A stretch of DNA of 64,000 bases, taken from IMG/VR virus record IMGVR_UViG_3300036985_002546, positions 7,812-71,811 of that record; one strand, written 5' to 3'. The position numbers and the translations under genes were made by a program. Under the pieces are notes generated by a model. The model worked only from the letters and a program-made list of their open reading frames with translations, had not been told where the DNA came from and did not search any database. This stretch comes from a virus. How positions within the stretch are numbered: the stretch's first letter is position 1; each line of letters begins with the position of its first letter. Below are positions 1 to 9,572 of this stretch, in pieces.

Positions 1-120
1 ACCAATAAGAGAACTTTTGATTTTAAACATTACAGCTTTCATGGTATCCGCTAGCGTAGCACCATATTGTGCTGAGTTAACGTTAAATTGCCATACTTTT
101 GATTTAGCTGGTGCAGGCAT
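1..120 (-). CDS. Type-B array paralog, N-terminal 40 aa (runs off window edge)
   Basis: Manual translation MPAPAKSKVWQFNVNSAQYGATLADTMKAVMFKIKSSLIG matches the N-termini of 1429..2430 and 7371..8366; RBS TAAGGA upstream. Confidence 0.9.
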   Translation of the reverse strand, partial: MPAPAKSKVWQFNVNSAQYGATLADTMKAVMFKIKSSLIG

Positions 121-129
121 GATTAATCC

Positions 130-1116
130 TTATAGCATGTTTGTAGAACCGTCCCAAGGCAAAATTAAGTCATTAGTATAAACCCATTCTTTTGAAGGTG
201 TAGAATCAAATTGGACACCACGCATCAATCCAGGATCCCCAAAGTACATATCATAAGTTTCTCCCCAGATACCTCGTAATGGTGGCAAATCACAAATATA
301 AACTATCGGCCAATACTCTCGTACTCCTGTTAAATCGTTTACTAATTGACCTGTACCTCTTTCAATTATTGAACTTGAAACTACAAATGGTGTAGCCATG
401 TACAATAAACCGGAAGTTAATGACGAACTTGGTTTAAAATTTAACCTTGCTGTATCGTTCCAATCTTGTACCCGCGCTCCAGAAGTTGTGGTAGATGATG
501 AAGCTCTAAAACCCATAACCCAAGGAGTTGTCCAACCAGATATTGCGTTCTTTGGTTTATCAGCAATTAAAACAGTAACTGGATAGAGATTGTTGGTAAC
601 CAGTACACGAGTACAAGCACCATCAGTACTTTGCATGCAGTGTACGCGGTATAATTGGGTAGAGGATAAATTGTCACCCCACACGGTATTACTTAGAACC
701 ACGATCTCATCTGTAGCTGTAGGTCTAGCAGAAGTACTACCATTGGTACCTCCGTTGGCAGTACCAAATCCATTAGCTGGTGATAGTACAATAGTCATGT
801 TTACAGATGATGCATTACTTAAATCAAAGCATAGCTCAAATTTAGTAGCTAACCCTGTTTGACGTAAAACAATCCACGAATGAGCACCGGTTCCCCACAC
901 TAAATTTGTGGAAGTGCTCCAACGGTCTGTACCATCCATACTAGATGCAGAGCTATTGGAACTACCAGAAACCGTCCACGGTAGTGTGCTAAATCCTATT
1001 AAAGATGTTTTAATTTGCAGCATAGTTTGCTGCGTATCAGCTAAAACAGTACCACTAGCTCCTTTAGTATTGTTTACTGAATATTGCCATGTTTTATCTT
1101 TTGTAGGAAGTGCCAT
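130..1116 (-). CDS. Type-A array paralog (328 aa), putative virion appendage/receptor-binding protein
   Basis: Shared core SGSS..S.MDG.DRW / AHSWIVLRQ / SP.NGFGT.NGGT.GST.ARPTATDE; closest to 8376..9362; lies downstream of tail fibre genes. Confidence 0.75.
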   Translation of the reverse strand: MALPTKDKTWQYSVNNTKGASGTVLADTQQTMLQIKTSLIGFSTLPWTVSGSSNSSASSMDGTDRWSTSTNLVWGTGAHSWIVLRQTGLATKFELCFDLSNASSVNMTIVLSPANGFGTANGGTNGSTSARPTATDEIVVLSNTVWGDNLSSTQLYRVHCMQSTDGACTRVLVTNNLYPVTVLIADKPKNAISGWTTPWVMGFRASSSTTTSGARVQDWNDTARLNFKPSSSLTSGLLYMATPFVVSSSIIERGTGQLVNDLTGVREYWPIVYICDLPPLRGIWGETYDMYFGDPGLMRGVQFDSTPSKEWVYTNDLILPWDGSTNML

Positions 1117-1137
1117 AAGTACTCCAATTAAACTTTG

Positions 1138-1422
1138 TTAGCTAATCCGTTTTGATACAATTACGTTCGATAGTGATCCTGGTCCTGTGTAAATTAGACC
1201 TGTGTAATCAACAAATGATGCAGTCCAGTAAACTGTAGTAGATAAAGTATTATCAAAACCTCTCATACGATATATACGTTTACCTGTTGCACCAGCTGTT
1301 GATCCGCTTAATGCTCCTGTGGTTTCTTTCTCAGAAACACTTGTATAGCTACTACTAGAACCGCTTACAACAGCTCCACTTGTGTTTATCTGACCAGCTA
1401 ACAATTCAACAGCTATAGACAT
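1138..1422 (-). CDS. Type-C small array paralog (94 aa)
   Basis: YRMRG(F/Y)D.TL...VYW...YTGPG.L.N motif shared with 3454..3741 and 7071..7367. Confidence 0.8.
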   Translation of the reverse strand: MSIAVELLAGQINTSGAVVSGSSSSYTSVSEKETTGALSGSTAGATGKRIYRMRGFDNTLSTTVYWTASFVDYTGLIYTGPGSLSNVIVSKRIS

Positions 1423-1428
1423 TGTTCT

Positions 1429-2430
1429 TTATCCCATTCGTTTGATACTCGAACCGTCCCACGGAACTATAAGTGTTCCAAACTGTGCCCAAGACAGTGC
1501 TGAACCCGACATATAATAATCCATTGGAATCGTATTACTGTTAGCGTTAGTACCCCAATATAGATCATAAGCTGTACCAAATAAACCTAAGACGCTTGTA
1601 CTCGTACTTGCGAGTGTGATAGCAAAGAATGGCCATTCACCGCTTAAATCATGTGAAACTAGACCACCTGCGTGTTTTCCGAAAACAGAAGACACACAAC
1701 CTGGTGTAGCAAAATAGAATAAACCAGCTGTTGTGCTGTGCTTAAAGTTTACGTTAGCGTTTGTATTGTTATAATACGTATAATCTAACTGAGTTGCGGT
1801 AGAGTTTCCAATACCTTTAACCGAAAAATAAGCTTTTGTTCCTGTCCAACCAGACAATGCATTATTTGCATAATCAAACATGAACAACGACACCGGATAC
1901 CCGTTAGCGCAGATAATTACTCGTGTACACTTACCATCTGTGCTTTGCATACAATGTACTATACATGGCGTGTTATTTGCAGATCCAGTAATCCAATCTC
2001 CACCGTTCAGTATAACCATTTCATCTGTGGCCGTAGGTCTAGCAGCCGTACTCCCATCAGTACCACCATTTACAGTACCAAAGCCGTTCACGGGAGAAAC
2101 AACGACTGTAAGTAAATGTGTGTTGACGTTAGCACAGTCAAAACAAATTTCACATTTTGCAGCTAACCCTGTTTGACGTAAGACTATCCAAGAGTGTGGG
2201 TTTCCCGCACTGTTCCATTGCAGGTTAGTGGATGTCCATCTATCTGTTCCGTCCATACCAGAGGCAGAACTGTTAGAACTTCCAGACACTGTCCACGGAG
2301 TAGACCCAAATCCCTTTAGTTTATCCTTAATATAATTGAGTATTCGTATACGTGAAGTATCGTAGTTTGCTCCACGCTGGAGTGAGTTAAGATTAAACTG
2401 CCAAGTTTTTACTTTAGATGGTGCTGGCAT
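1429..2430 (-). CDS. Type-B array paralog (333 aa)
   Basis: Shared core plus B-type features EWPF, YDLYWG, WAQFG..I.PW.G; shares GWTGTKA with 7371..8366. Confidence 0.75.
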   Translation of the reverse strand: MPAPSKVKTWQFNLNSLQRGANYDTSRIRILNYIKDKLKGFGSTPWTVSGSSNSSASGMDGTDRWTSTNLQWNSAGNPHSWIVLRQTGLAAKCEICFDCANVNTHLLTVVVSPVNGFGTVNGGTDGSTAARPTATDEMVILNGGDWITGSANNTPCIVHCMQSTDGKCTRVIICANGYPVSLFMFDYANNALSGWTGTKAYFSVKGIGNSTATQLDYTYYNNTNANVNFKHSTTAGLFYFATPGCVSSVFGKHAGGLVSHDLSGEWPFFAITLASTSTSVLGLFGTAYDLYWGTNANSNTIPMDYYMSGSALSWAQFGTLIVPWDGSSIKRMG

Positions 2431-2454
2431 TGTGTTTACTCATATTATAACGGA

Positions 2455-3450
2455 CTACCACCAAATCGTTGAATTAATATATGTCCAAAAGTCTTTTACA
2501 TATGTCCATTTAGTATTATCTGTAGCAGTTGTAGGTAAGGTTATACCAGGATCACCAAAATATAAATCATGTAATTCTCCCCAAACACCACGTGTTCCGA
2601 CAGTATTGCTTATTAAAGTAATAGGATTAAAAGCTCTATTGGATGAGACTGAATTTGCGTTTTGTCCAGCAGTAGTTTCCATCCAAGTAGTGGTATTAAC
2701 AAATGCTGCACCCATAAATAAGTTACCTATAGGTGAAGTCGTTGTTGGTTGAAAATATAACAATGCTGTATCGTTCCAATCTAAGATTCTAGCTGACGAT
2801 GTAGAAGTTCCACCAGAACCTTTAATACCTGCGATCCATGGAGTAGTCCAACTTGATAGTGGATTTTTAGGTACAGCAAAAATAACAGTTGTAACCGGGT
2901 AGTTGTTAGTAATTACGTGCGTATGTGTACAAGTACCATCAGTACTTAGTGAAACACACACTTTATAACCATATGTGCTAAACGTACCAGGGTTATCATT
3001 CCATACAACGTTATTATGAATGATTATTTCGTCAGTAGCTGTCGGTCTAGCAGATGTACTACCGTCAGTACCCCCGTTAACTGTCCCAAATCCGTTATTT
3101 GGAGACACAACAACAGTCATAATACTGCTGTTAGAGTTACTTAAATCAAAACATACCTCAAACTTTGTCGCTATGGTGGGTTGACGTAGTACAATCCACG
3201 AATGAGCACCAGTACCCCAAATTAAATCTACGTAATTGGGCCATCTGTCTGTACTATCCATACCTGACGCAGAACTACTTGAACTACCAGATACCGTCCA
3301 TGGATTTGTTGGGGAGGTTTCTTGCCCACGAAAAGCACGTTTGACAAGCCACAATATCGCTTGGTTATCTGTAAGTTTGCTGCCATTAGGACCTATTTGA
3401 CCTTGGTTGGCTACACTTTGCCAAGTTTTTGTTGTAGATGGTGATGCCAT
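2455..3450 (-). CDS. Type-A array paralog (331 aa)
   Basis: Shared core plus A-type features PW.AG, AR..DW, GVWGE..DLYFG. Confidence 0.75.
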   Translation of the reverse strand: MASPSTTKTWQSVANQGQIGPNGSKLTDNQAILWLVKRAFRGQETSPTNPWTVSGSSSSSASGMDSTDRWPNYVDLIWGTGAHSWIVLRQPTIATKFEVCFDLSNSNSSIMTVVVSPNNGFGTVNGGTDGSTSARPTATDEIIIHNNVVWNDNPGTFSTYGYKVCVSLSTDGTCTHTHVITNNYPVTTVIFAVPKNPLSSWTTPWIAGIKGSGGTSTSSARILDWNDTALLYFQPTTTSPIGNLFMGAAFVNTTTWMETTAGQNANSVSSNRAFNPITLISNTVGTRGVWGELHDLYFGDPGITLPTTATDNTKWTYVKDFWTYINSTIWW

Positions 3451-3453
3451 GTA

Positions 3454-3741
3454 TTAACTCAGTATGTGTACAATTGTTATATTTGTTAATGGTCCTGGTC
3501 CTGTGTATTGCGCACCAGTACTATCTACTGACGTGGCTGTCCAGTATACCGTTGTAGTAAGTGTAGTATCATAACCACGCATTCTATAGTTATTTGTAGG
3601 TGTTACTAACGCTGTACCACTAAATGCTGCTGTGATTTTATTGTTGGGTTGAGGTAGTAATTCACCCGATACTCCTGCCAAAGCAGTAAGTGAAGTAGTC
3701 AGTTGACCTGCAACAATGTTATCAATAGCAAATGTCGCCAT
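3454..3741 (-). CDS. Type-C small array paralog (95 aa)
   Basis: YRMRGYDTTL...VYW...QYTGPGPL.NI. Confidence 0.8.
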   Translation of the reverse strand: MATFAIDNIVAGQLTTSLTALAGVSGELLPQPNNKITAAFSGTALVTPTNNYRMRGYDTTLTTTVYWTATSVDSTGAQYTGPGPLTNITIVHILS

Positions 3742-3744
3742 GTG

Positions 3745-4716
3745 TTAACCTAGTTTCTTTAGCGAAGATCCATCCCACGGAAGAATAAGGTCACCAAATT
3801 GTGTCCACGTGTATCCAGGATAGTCTACTTTACCCTGGAAGTTCTCACTACCCCAGTATAAATCATATGGAGTACCAAAGATCCCGCATCCATTAGTTCC
3901 GTTCCCAGCTAGACTTATAGGCATAAACGGCCACTCATTAGTAAAACTTGCAGTTTTACTACCACCTGGATTACGCCCGTAGGGTGCTGACGAATAACCC
4001 AAAGTAGCTAACCACACAGGAATATAAAAGGAATTTGCTTTTACAATTAAGTTTGCATTTTCGTTAAGTGTGGGGTAAGAAACAGCATTTCCAAGTTGAG
4101 AATATACACCAAACAATAGCCTTGGTGTATTCCAACCAGTTATTGCATTCTTTGGTGTATCAAATACCAATATATTGATAGGATACCCGTTAGAACAAAC
4201 AATTACTCTAGTACACGTACCGTCAGTACTTTGCATACAGTGTACTACGTATGCTGGTGATGCGTCACTACCACCCCAAGATGTACCAGGAAGTGTGTAC
4301 GAGTCAGTTGCTGTAGGTCTAGCAGTAGTACTACCGTTGGTGCCTCCGTTTGCTGTACCAAAGCCGTTTACAGGAGAAATTAAAAAGGTAGCTGTGTATG
4401 AAGAACTAGCTGAGTTACAATCAATGCACACTTCAAATTTAGTATTTAGTCCTGTCTGACGTAAAACGATCCATGAATGAGCACTACCATCGTTGTTATG
4501 TAATATTTTTGTGTAGTCAGTCCATCTATCAGTTCCATCCATACCTGATGTAGCACCATCTGAAGATCCTGAAATTGTCCAAGGGTTAGTTCCGAATCCT
4601 TTTAATGCGTTTTTAATTTGTAATGCCATTAAGTTTAGTCTATAAACTGGCGTAGAATCATAACATATGGCGTTTACATTGAATTGCCAGGTTTTAGATC
4701 TTGATGGGACACTCAT
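3745..4716 (-). CDS. Type-B array paralog (323 aa)
   Basis: Shared core plus EWPF, GIFGTPYDLYWG, WTQFG.LILPWDG. Confidence 0.75.
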   Translation of the reverse strand: MSVPSRSKTWQFNVNAICYDSTPVYRLNLMALQIKNALKGFGTNPWTISGSSDGATSGMDGTDRWTDYTKILHNNDGSAHSWIVLRQTGLNTKFEVCIDCNSASSSYTATFLISPVNGFGTANGGTNGSTTARPTATDSYTLPGTSWGGSDASPAYVVHCMQSTDGTCTRVIVCSNGYPINILVFDTPKNAITGWNTPRLLFGVYSQLGNAVSYPTLNENANLIVKANSFYIPVWLATLGYSSAPYGRNPGGSKTASFTNEWPFMPISLAGNGTNGCGIFGTPYDLYWGSENFQGKVDYPGYTWTQFGDLILPWDGSSLKKLG

Positions 4717-4734
4717 GTTAATTAGACCTTTTAT

Positions 4735-5748
4735 TTACCGCCAAACTTGTGAGGGCATAACAAACATCATTAAGTCAATAAACATAAAGGACGAAGAATC
4801 TGTAGGTATATCTCCATGTCCTGCAAAATTGTCTGTAAAATATAAATCGTACACCTCACCCCACACACCATTTGTACCTGCTGTATCACTAATTAATGCA
4901 ATAGGATAAATAGTGTAGTTTCCGCTAATTTTATTTGAATTTGGACTTATACTATAGTAGGCGTCAAAGAGTCCTCTAGTTCCTGTAAATGTTGTAGCCA
5001 TAAACAACTTGCCTACAGGAGAGGTAGTTGTGGGTTTAAAAAATAGTTTATCGTACCTATTATAATGATTATACGTATCATACTGATTTTTTAGTACACC
5101 CGAACCAGGTGATAAGGATGATGTTATTCCTGCTATCCATGGATTTGTCCAAGAGGATATAGGATTCTGTGGTTTTTCAATAAAAAACGCCATTACAGCA
5201 CACGTGGCATATGTGTACGATGTAGTTAGGAATATACGCACACAATCCAAGGTATCAGTACACACAGCGTTAATATAATAGCCAGATGTATTATAAAAAC
5301 TACCGATATTATCAGCCCAAGTAGCATTATTTACCACTACAATTTCATCTGTAGCTGTAGGTCTAGCAGAAGTACTTCCATCGGTACCACCATTTGCAGT
5401 ACCAAAACCGTTATTAGGTGAAATTACTATTGTAATAGTACTACAGGTAGTACTACTGACTAAATCAAAACATATCTCAAATTTACTTGTTATAGCTGTT
5501 TGACGTCGAACGATCCAGGAATGTGCTCCGGTACCCCACACTAAATTAGTGTAAGTAGACCAACGATTGCTTCCGTCCATACCTGACGTAGAGCTGTTAG
5601 AACTACCAGAGCACGTCCACCCGCTGTCTGATAACGCACTACTAATCTCAAAGATTACTTTTTGACCATTACTTAGCGCATCAGTACCTTTAATATTATT
5701 GGTAGTACCTCTACGGATCCAATTTTTACTTAACGATGGTGATGCCAT
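4735..5748 (-). CDS. Type-A array paralog (337 aa)
   Basis: Shared core; NP.SSWT.PWIAGI and PTTTSP.G.LFM shared with 2455..3450. Confidence 0.75.
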   Translation of the reverse strand: MASPSLSKNWIRRGTTNNIKGTDALSNGQKVIFEISSALSDSGWTCSGSSNSSTSGMDGSNRWSTYTNLVWGTGAHSWIVRRQTAITSKFEICFDLVSSTTCSTITIVISPNNGFGTANGGTDGSTSARPTATDEIVVVNNATWADNIGSFYNTSGYYINAVCTDTLDCVRIFLTTSYTYATCAVMAFFIEKPQNPISSWTNPWIAGITSSLSPGSGVLKNQYDTYNHYNRYDKLFFKPTTTSPVGKLFMATTFTGTRGLFDAYYSISPNSNKISGNYTIYPIALISDTAGTNGVWGEVYDLYFTDNFAGHGDIPTDSSSFMFIDLMMFVMPSQVWR

Positions 5749-5759
5749 AAAAAATTTTA

Positions 5760-5972
5760 TTAATCTATATAATTAGGAGTCAAGAATTGAAGACCATCTG
5801 CTGTTTGAGTGCCTATTAGCGTAATTTCATACACACTGCGATAGATCGCATCAGGTAAATTTATGTCACGCCATGCTTCAAATTTACTTTGAGCTTGTTC
5901 TGGGCTCTCTGCACGAACCATCGTGCAATTCATAGATAAATCACGAACCGAATAAATATTGTATGTTTCCAT
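5760..5972 (-). CDS. Type-E small protein (70 aa), unknown function
   Basis: Abuts the D gene; VRAE...A.SKFE.W...NLPDA..RSV shared with the uncalled frame at 9372..9572. Confidence 0.8.
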   Translation of the reverse strand: METYNIYSVRDLSMNCTMVRAESPEQAQSKFEAWRDINLPDAIYRSVYEITLIGTQTADGLQFLTPNYID

Positions 5973-6959
5973 TTAGTTCACCGTGTGTGTGATTTGTATG
6001 TAAGATCCACCCAATTCAACAGAATCAGCTGGATTTGATGGACTTGTAACCCAAACTTCTACTTGATACACTTTGGAAGACGTTTTTATATTTCCTGAAC
6101 TGCTTCCTATAGTAAGAGCTGCGTCAGAGAATGCTGGTGTAGTGCTTGTAAATGTTAACGTAGCTACAGTTTCTGAATCTGTTACATTAGTCAATCTAAC
6201 GTTACCTGTAGCCGTGTACCCGATAGCAGCTACAGCTCTAAACCTCATAGTTTTGGTAGTTCCAGTGATGCTATAATCAGATGGATTCAGTTCAAATTGG
6301 TGTACGATAAGGTGTGTATCACTGTTGTACGACGTACTAGATCCACACGACAATGGAATAGTTACCTTGTCACCTGTTGCACCAATTCCACCGCTAGCGG
6401 TGGAAGCTATAGTTAAAGTTTCATCAGCACCAGCACTACCTTTAGTTAAGGTAACGTTAGTACCAGCTACTAGTTTTCCTAAAAGATATCCAGGAGTTGT
6501 GTCTCCAGACGAGACAGTAGATTTTGCTTTAGCTGAATTTAACGTTCCGAGAGTAGAATCTGATTGACGCATAAACATCGTCATATCAGGTTGCCACCCC
6601 TTAATATTTCCACCTGCGTTATACTCCAGTTTTTCATCATATCCTGGAATACGTGCGCCAGTAGTTGCTAATGGCACAGCTATAACAACTACGGAGGTGT
6701 CAGAACCGTTTACTATACATCTTACACGGTATGAACCAGTGTGTGATGGTGAGAAGGTTGCTGTTGGTGTTGATGCACCGCTTAAAGATGATGTTGAACC
6801 AGTAGGAATATCTACTAAAGTCCATGCATACGCTGCACCACTGTTACCAGGTTCAGTGTCTGTTAAAGTAATAGTTTCATAGAGCACTAAGTCATTACGG
6901 CCTACACCAGTTACATCACCGGACGTACTGCCGCTACTTTTAATTATCGGTGTCGCCAT
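5973..6959 (-). CDS. Type-D protein: N-terminal PKD/Ig-like domain, fibre-like linker, C-terminal beta domain
   Basis: Y.WT..D.P..S...LSGASTPTATFSP..TGSYRV is a PKD-like signature; one DTT.GYL.GKL unit; paralog of 10765..11880. Confidence 0.7.
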   Translation of the reverse strand: MATPIIKSSGSTSGDVTGVGRNDLVLYETITLTDTEPGNSGAAYAWTLVDIPTGSTSSLSGASTPTATFSPSHTGSYRVRCIVNGSDTSVVVIAVPLATTGARIPGYDEKLEYNAGGNIKGWQPDMTMFMRQSDSTLGTLNSAKAKSTVSSGDTTPGYLLGKLVAGTNVTLTKGSAGADETLTIASTASGGIGATGDKVTIPLSCGSSTSYNSDTHLIVHQFELNPSDYSITGTTKTMRFRAVAAIGYTATGNVRLTNVTDSETVATLTFTSTTPAFSDAALTIGSSSGNIKTSSKVYQVEVWVTSPSNPADSVELGGSYIQITHTVN

Positions 6960-7023
6960 GTGTATTTTATTTCCTGTTAGTTGGTTGTGGCGATTTCAAA
7001 GATACTTTGTAATATACTAGTAA

Positions 7024-7052
7024 ATAGTACACCAATCGTGTTTCTTAGTCTA
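7024..7052 (-). promoter_or_regulatory. Candidate sigma70-type promoter in front of the second D-E-(ABC)n module
   Basis: TAGACT-N17-TACTAT in the largest intergenic gap (6960..7070) between array genes. Confidence 0.4.
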
Positions 7053-7070
7053 GAAGTAGTTCAAAGATTT

Positions 7071-7367
7071 TCAATGACCTACAACGTTATACACCACTAT
7101 ATTTGATAGTGGTCCCGGTCCTGTATACTGACTGCCTGCTGTGTCAATTGTTACAGCTAGCCAGTATACATTGTACCCCAAGGTAGTATCATATCCTCTC
7201 ATTCTATACACCAGCGAACCTCCTGACCCTATGGTAGAGCCGCTTATAGCTGCTGATGATGTAGAAGATACTTGTCCGGACATAAAATCACCACCAGCAC
7301 CATCTTGCACGCCACCAAATGTTGCGTCTATTTGGTTTGATACATAGTCACCATTAACATCGGCCAT
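7071..7367 (-). CDS. Type-C small array paralog (98 aa)
   Basis: YRMRGYDTTL...VYW...QYTGPGPLSNI. Confidence 0.8.
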   Translation of the reverse strand: MADVNGDYVSNQIDATFGGVQDGAGGDFMSGQVSSTSSAAISGSTIGSGGSLVYRMRGYDTTLGYNVYWLAVTIDTAGSQYTGPGPLSNIVVYNVVGH

Positions 7368-7370
7368 AGA

Positions 7371-8366
7371 TTATCCTATTCGCTGTGCAGCAGTACCATT
7401 CCATGGAAAAATCATGTTACCAAACTGTGCCCATGAAAATGGCACAGATGATAAGTCATAACTCACCATAGAGTTGGGTGTTGTAGAACCCCAATACAGG
7501 TCATACACTGTACCCCATTGTCCTCTAAGTGTGGAAGTTTCGCACCACAGCCCCATAGGACAAAAAGGCCATTCTTTTGTTATATCTTGCACAATGATCC
7601 CACCAGGCTGTCTTGGAAATGCTGAAGATCCATATCCTGGTGTTGAGAGGTAGAAGTTGCCGTTTGTGGTATTGTGTTTAAAAAACAATGTACTACTTGC
7701 GTCATTATAATTACCAAAAGTTAGTTGATTAGAAGCAGAACCTACACCCCAAAAACCATAAAAAGCCTTGGTTCCTGTCCATCCAGACAACCCATTATTT
7801 ACTGCATCAAAAATCATTAATGTACAAGGTACACCGCTAACACAAATAACAGCACGTGTACAAGCTCCATCAGAACTCTGCATTACGTGTACAGCTAGTG
7901 TTATGTTAGTAGCTCCGTTAACCCACCCATTTGCGTTAGATGTTGCTAGTACAGTTACCTCATCAGTAGCTGTAGGTCTAGCAGAAGTACTACCGTTGGT
8001 TCCCCCGTTTGCTGTCCCAAATCCATTCACAGGAGAAACCACAACGTTCATAATTGAGTCGGTTGCTGAAGCTAGGTCGAAGCACACTTCAAATTTAGTG
8101 GCCACACCTGTTTGACGTAAAACAATCCATGAATGTGCACCTGAACCCCAAACTAAATTTGTATACGCACTCCATCTATCTGTACCGTCCATACTTGATG
8201 CTGAACTACTAGAACTTCCGGATACAGTCCAAGGTGTAGAACCGAATCCGATCATGGATGATTTTATTTGGTATAATACGTTTTGGTGTAGTATTAACGT
8301 ACTCGTACCTGTTTGTAGGGAGTTTACGTTAAATTGCCAAGTTTTGGTTTTAGTTGGTGCGGGCAT
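7371..8366 (-). CDS. Type-B array paralog (331 aa)
   Basis: Shared core plus B-type C-terminal motifs. Confidence 0.75.
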   Translation of the reverse strand: MPAPTKTKTWQFNVNSLQTGTSTLILHQNVLYQIKSSMIGFGSTPWTVSGSSSSSASSMDGTDRWSAYTNLVWGSGAHSWIVLRQTGVATKFEVCFDLASATDSIMNVVVSPVNGFGTANGGTNGSTSARPTATDEVTVLATSNANGWVNGATNITLAVHVMQSSDGACTRAVICVSGVPCTLMIFDAVNNGLSGWTGTKAFYGFWGVGSASNQLTFGNYNDASSTLFFKHNTTNGNFYLSTPGYGSSAFPRQPGGIIVQDITKEWPFCPMGLWCETSTLRGQWGTVYDLYWGSTTPNSMVSYDLSSVPFSWAQFGNMIFPWNGTAAQRIG

Positions 8367-8375
8367 AATTAGTCC

Positions 8376-9362
8376 TTACTGCATGGCATTGGCGCCATCC
8401 CATGGAAGAATCATATCACTGACAAATACCCATTCATGTGATGGAGATGAATCAAATCCTGTACCTCTAGCCACTCCTGTAGACCCAAAATAAAGATCAT
8501 ACATTTCACCCCACATACCCCTCATTCCAGTAGATTCACTAATAACTGTAATAGGGAAGAATGGCCAATTACCTGACACATCGTTGGCTACAGTTCCTGC
8601 GGTTCTAACAGCTAATGTTTGTGTCAATACCATAGGTATAGATAGATAAGCACTTCCAACGGTTAACGTTGTTTTTGGTTGTAGTTTCATATTAGCTGCG
8701 GTAATCCAATCAGCTATTCTTGCTCCACTGGTAGTTGCTGATGCTGATGCTTTAAATCCAACTAACCACGGAGCATCCCAACCTGTTACTGCATTTTTTG
8801 GTCGATCTATGATCCAAACAGAAACAGGGTATAGGTTATTTGTAACTAAAATTCGTGTACATTGTCCGTCTGTACTCTGCATACAATGTACTTTATACGA
8901 TTGCCCAGAACCTGGTGCGTCATTCCACGTGGTATTACTTAAAACTACATATTCATCTGTGGCTGTAGGTCTTGCGGTAGTGCTACCATCAGTACCACCG
9001 TTTGTGGTACCGAAACCATTTGCAGGAGAAATTACAATTGTTGCTGAGTTAGAACTTGCGTTGGCTAGGTCTATACATAATTCAAATTTAGTTGCCATTC
9101 CGGTTTGACGCATGACAATCCAGGAATGAGCACCAGAGGCCCACACTAGATTTGTATCAGCAGCCCAACGGTTACTTCCGTCCATACCAGAAGCAGAACT
9201 GTCTGAAGAGCCAGAACAGGTCCACGGTTGTGTGCCGAAGGCAGTTAAAGCAACAGGAATCTGACGCATGGCTGCCCTGTTGTCTGTAAGTAAAGTACCG
9301 GAACCGCCTTTAGCTATATTTATTGTGTGTTGCCAAGTTTTTGATTTTGTTGGTAAACCCAT
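8376..9362 (-). CDS. Type-A array paralog (328 aa)
   Basis: Shared core; same length and similar termini as 130..1116; RBS AAGGAG. Confidence 0.75.
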   Translation of the reverse strand: MGLPTKSKTWQHTINIAKGGSGTLLTDNRAAMRQIPVALTAFGTQPWTCSGSSDSSASGMDGSNRWAADTNLVWASGAHSWIVMRQTGMATKFELCIDLANASSNSATIVISPANGFGTTNGGTDGSTTARPTATDEYVVLSNTTWNDAPGSGQSYKVHCMQSTDGQCTRILVTNNLYPVSVWIIDRPKNAVTGWDAPWLVGFKASASATTSGARIADWITAANMKLQPKTTLTVGSAYLSIPMVLTQTLAVRTAGTVANDVSGNWPFFPITVISESTGMRGMWGEMYDLYFGSTGVARGTGFDSSPSHEWVFVSDMILPWDGANAMQ

Positions 9363-9371
9363 TGACTCTCC

Positions 9372-9572
9372 TTAATCTAAGTAGACAGGTGTAATTAGCA
9401 TTTTCTCGCTACTTGGGGGTCCTACTAACCTAACATAATCAACAGATCGACAATCAGCGTCTGGTAAGTTGGCTAGGCACCATTCTTCAAATTTACTCTT
9501 GGCACCTTCTTCGGTCTCCGCTCTAACAAATGTTAGATGTCTTGAGTTGTCAAATACTTCGTATAAATTCGT
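9372..9572 (-). pseudogene. Type-E paralog separated from its ATG by the TnpB insertion; frame intact (66 codons), now beginning with ACG
   Basis: Manual translation (T)NLYEVFDNSRHLTFVRAETEEGAKSKFEEWCLANLPDADCRSVDYVRLVGPPSSEKMLITPVYLD* aligns with 5760..5972; the matching start ATG AAT TTA TA lies at 10763..10753. Confidence 0.75.

Noticed and set aside
1-9362. Diversity-generating retroelement or shufflon as the source of array variation
   Set aside because: No reverse transcriptase, no template/variable repeat pair differing only at adenines, no invertase or inverted cassettes; all copies are full genes in one orientation (such elements could still lie outside the window)
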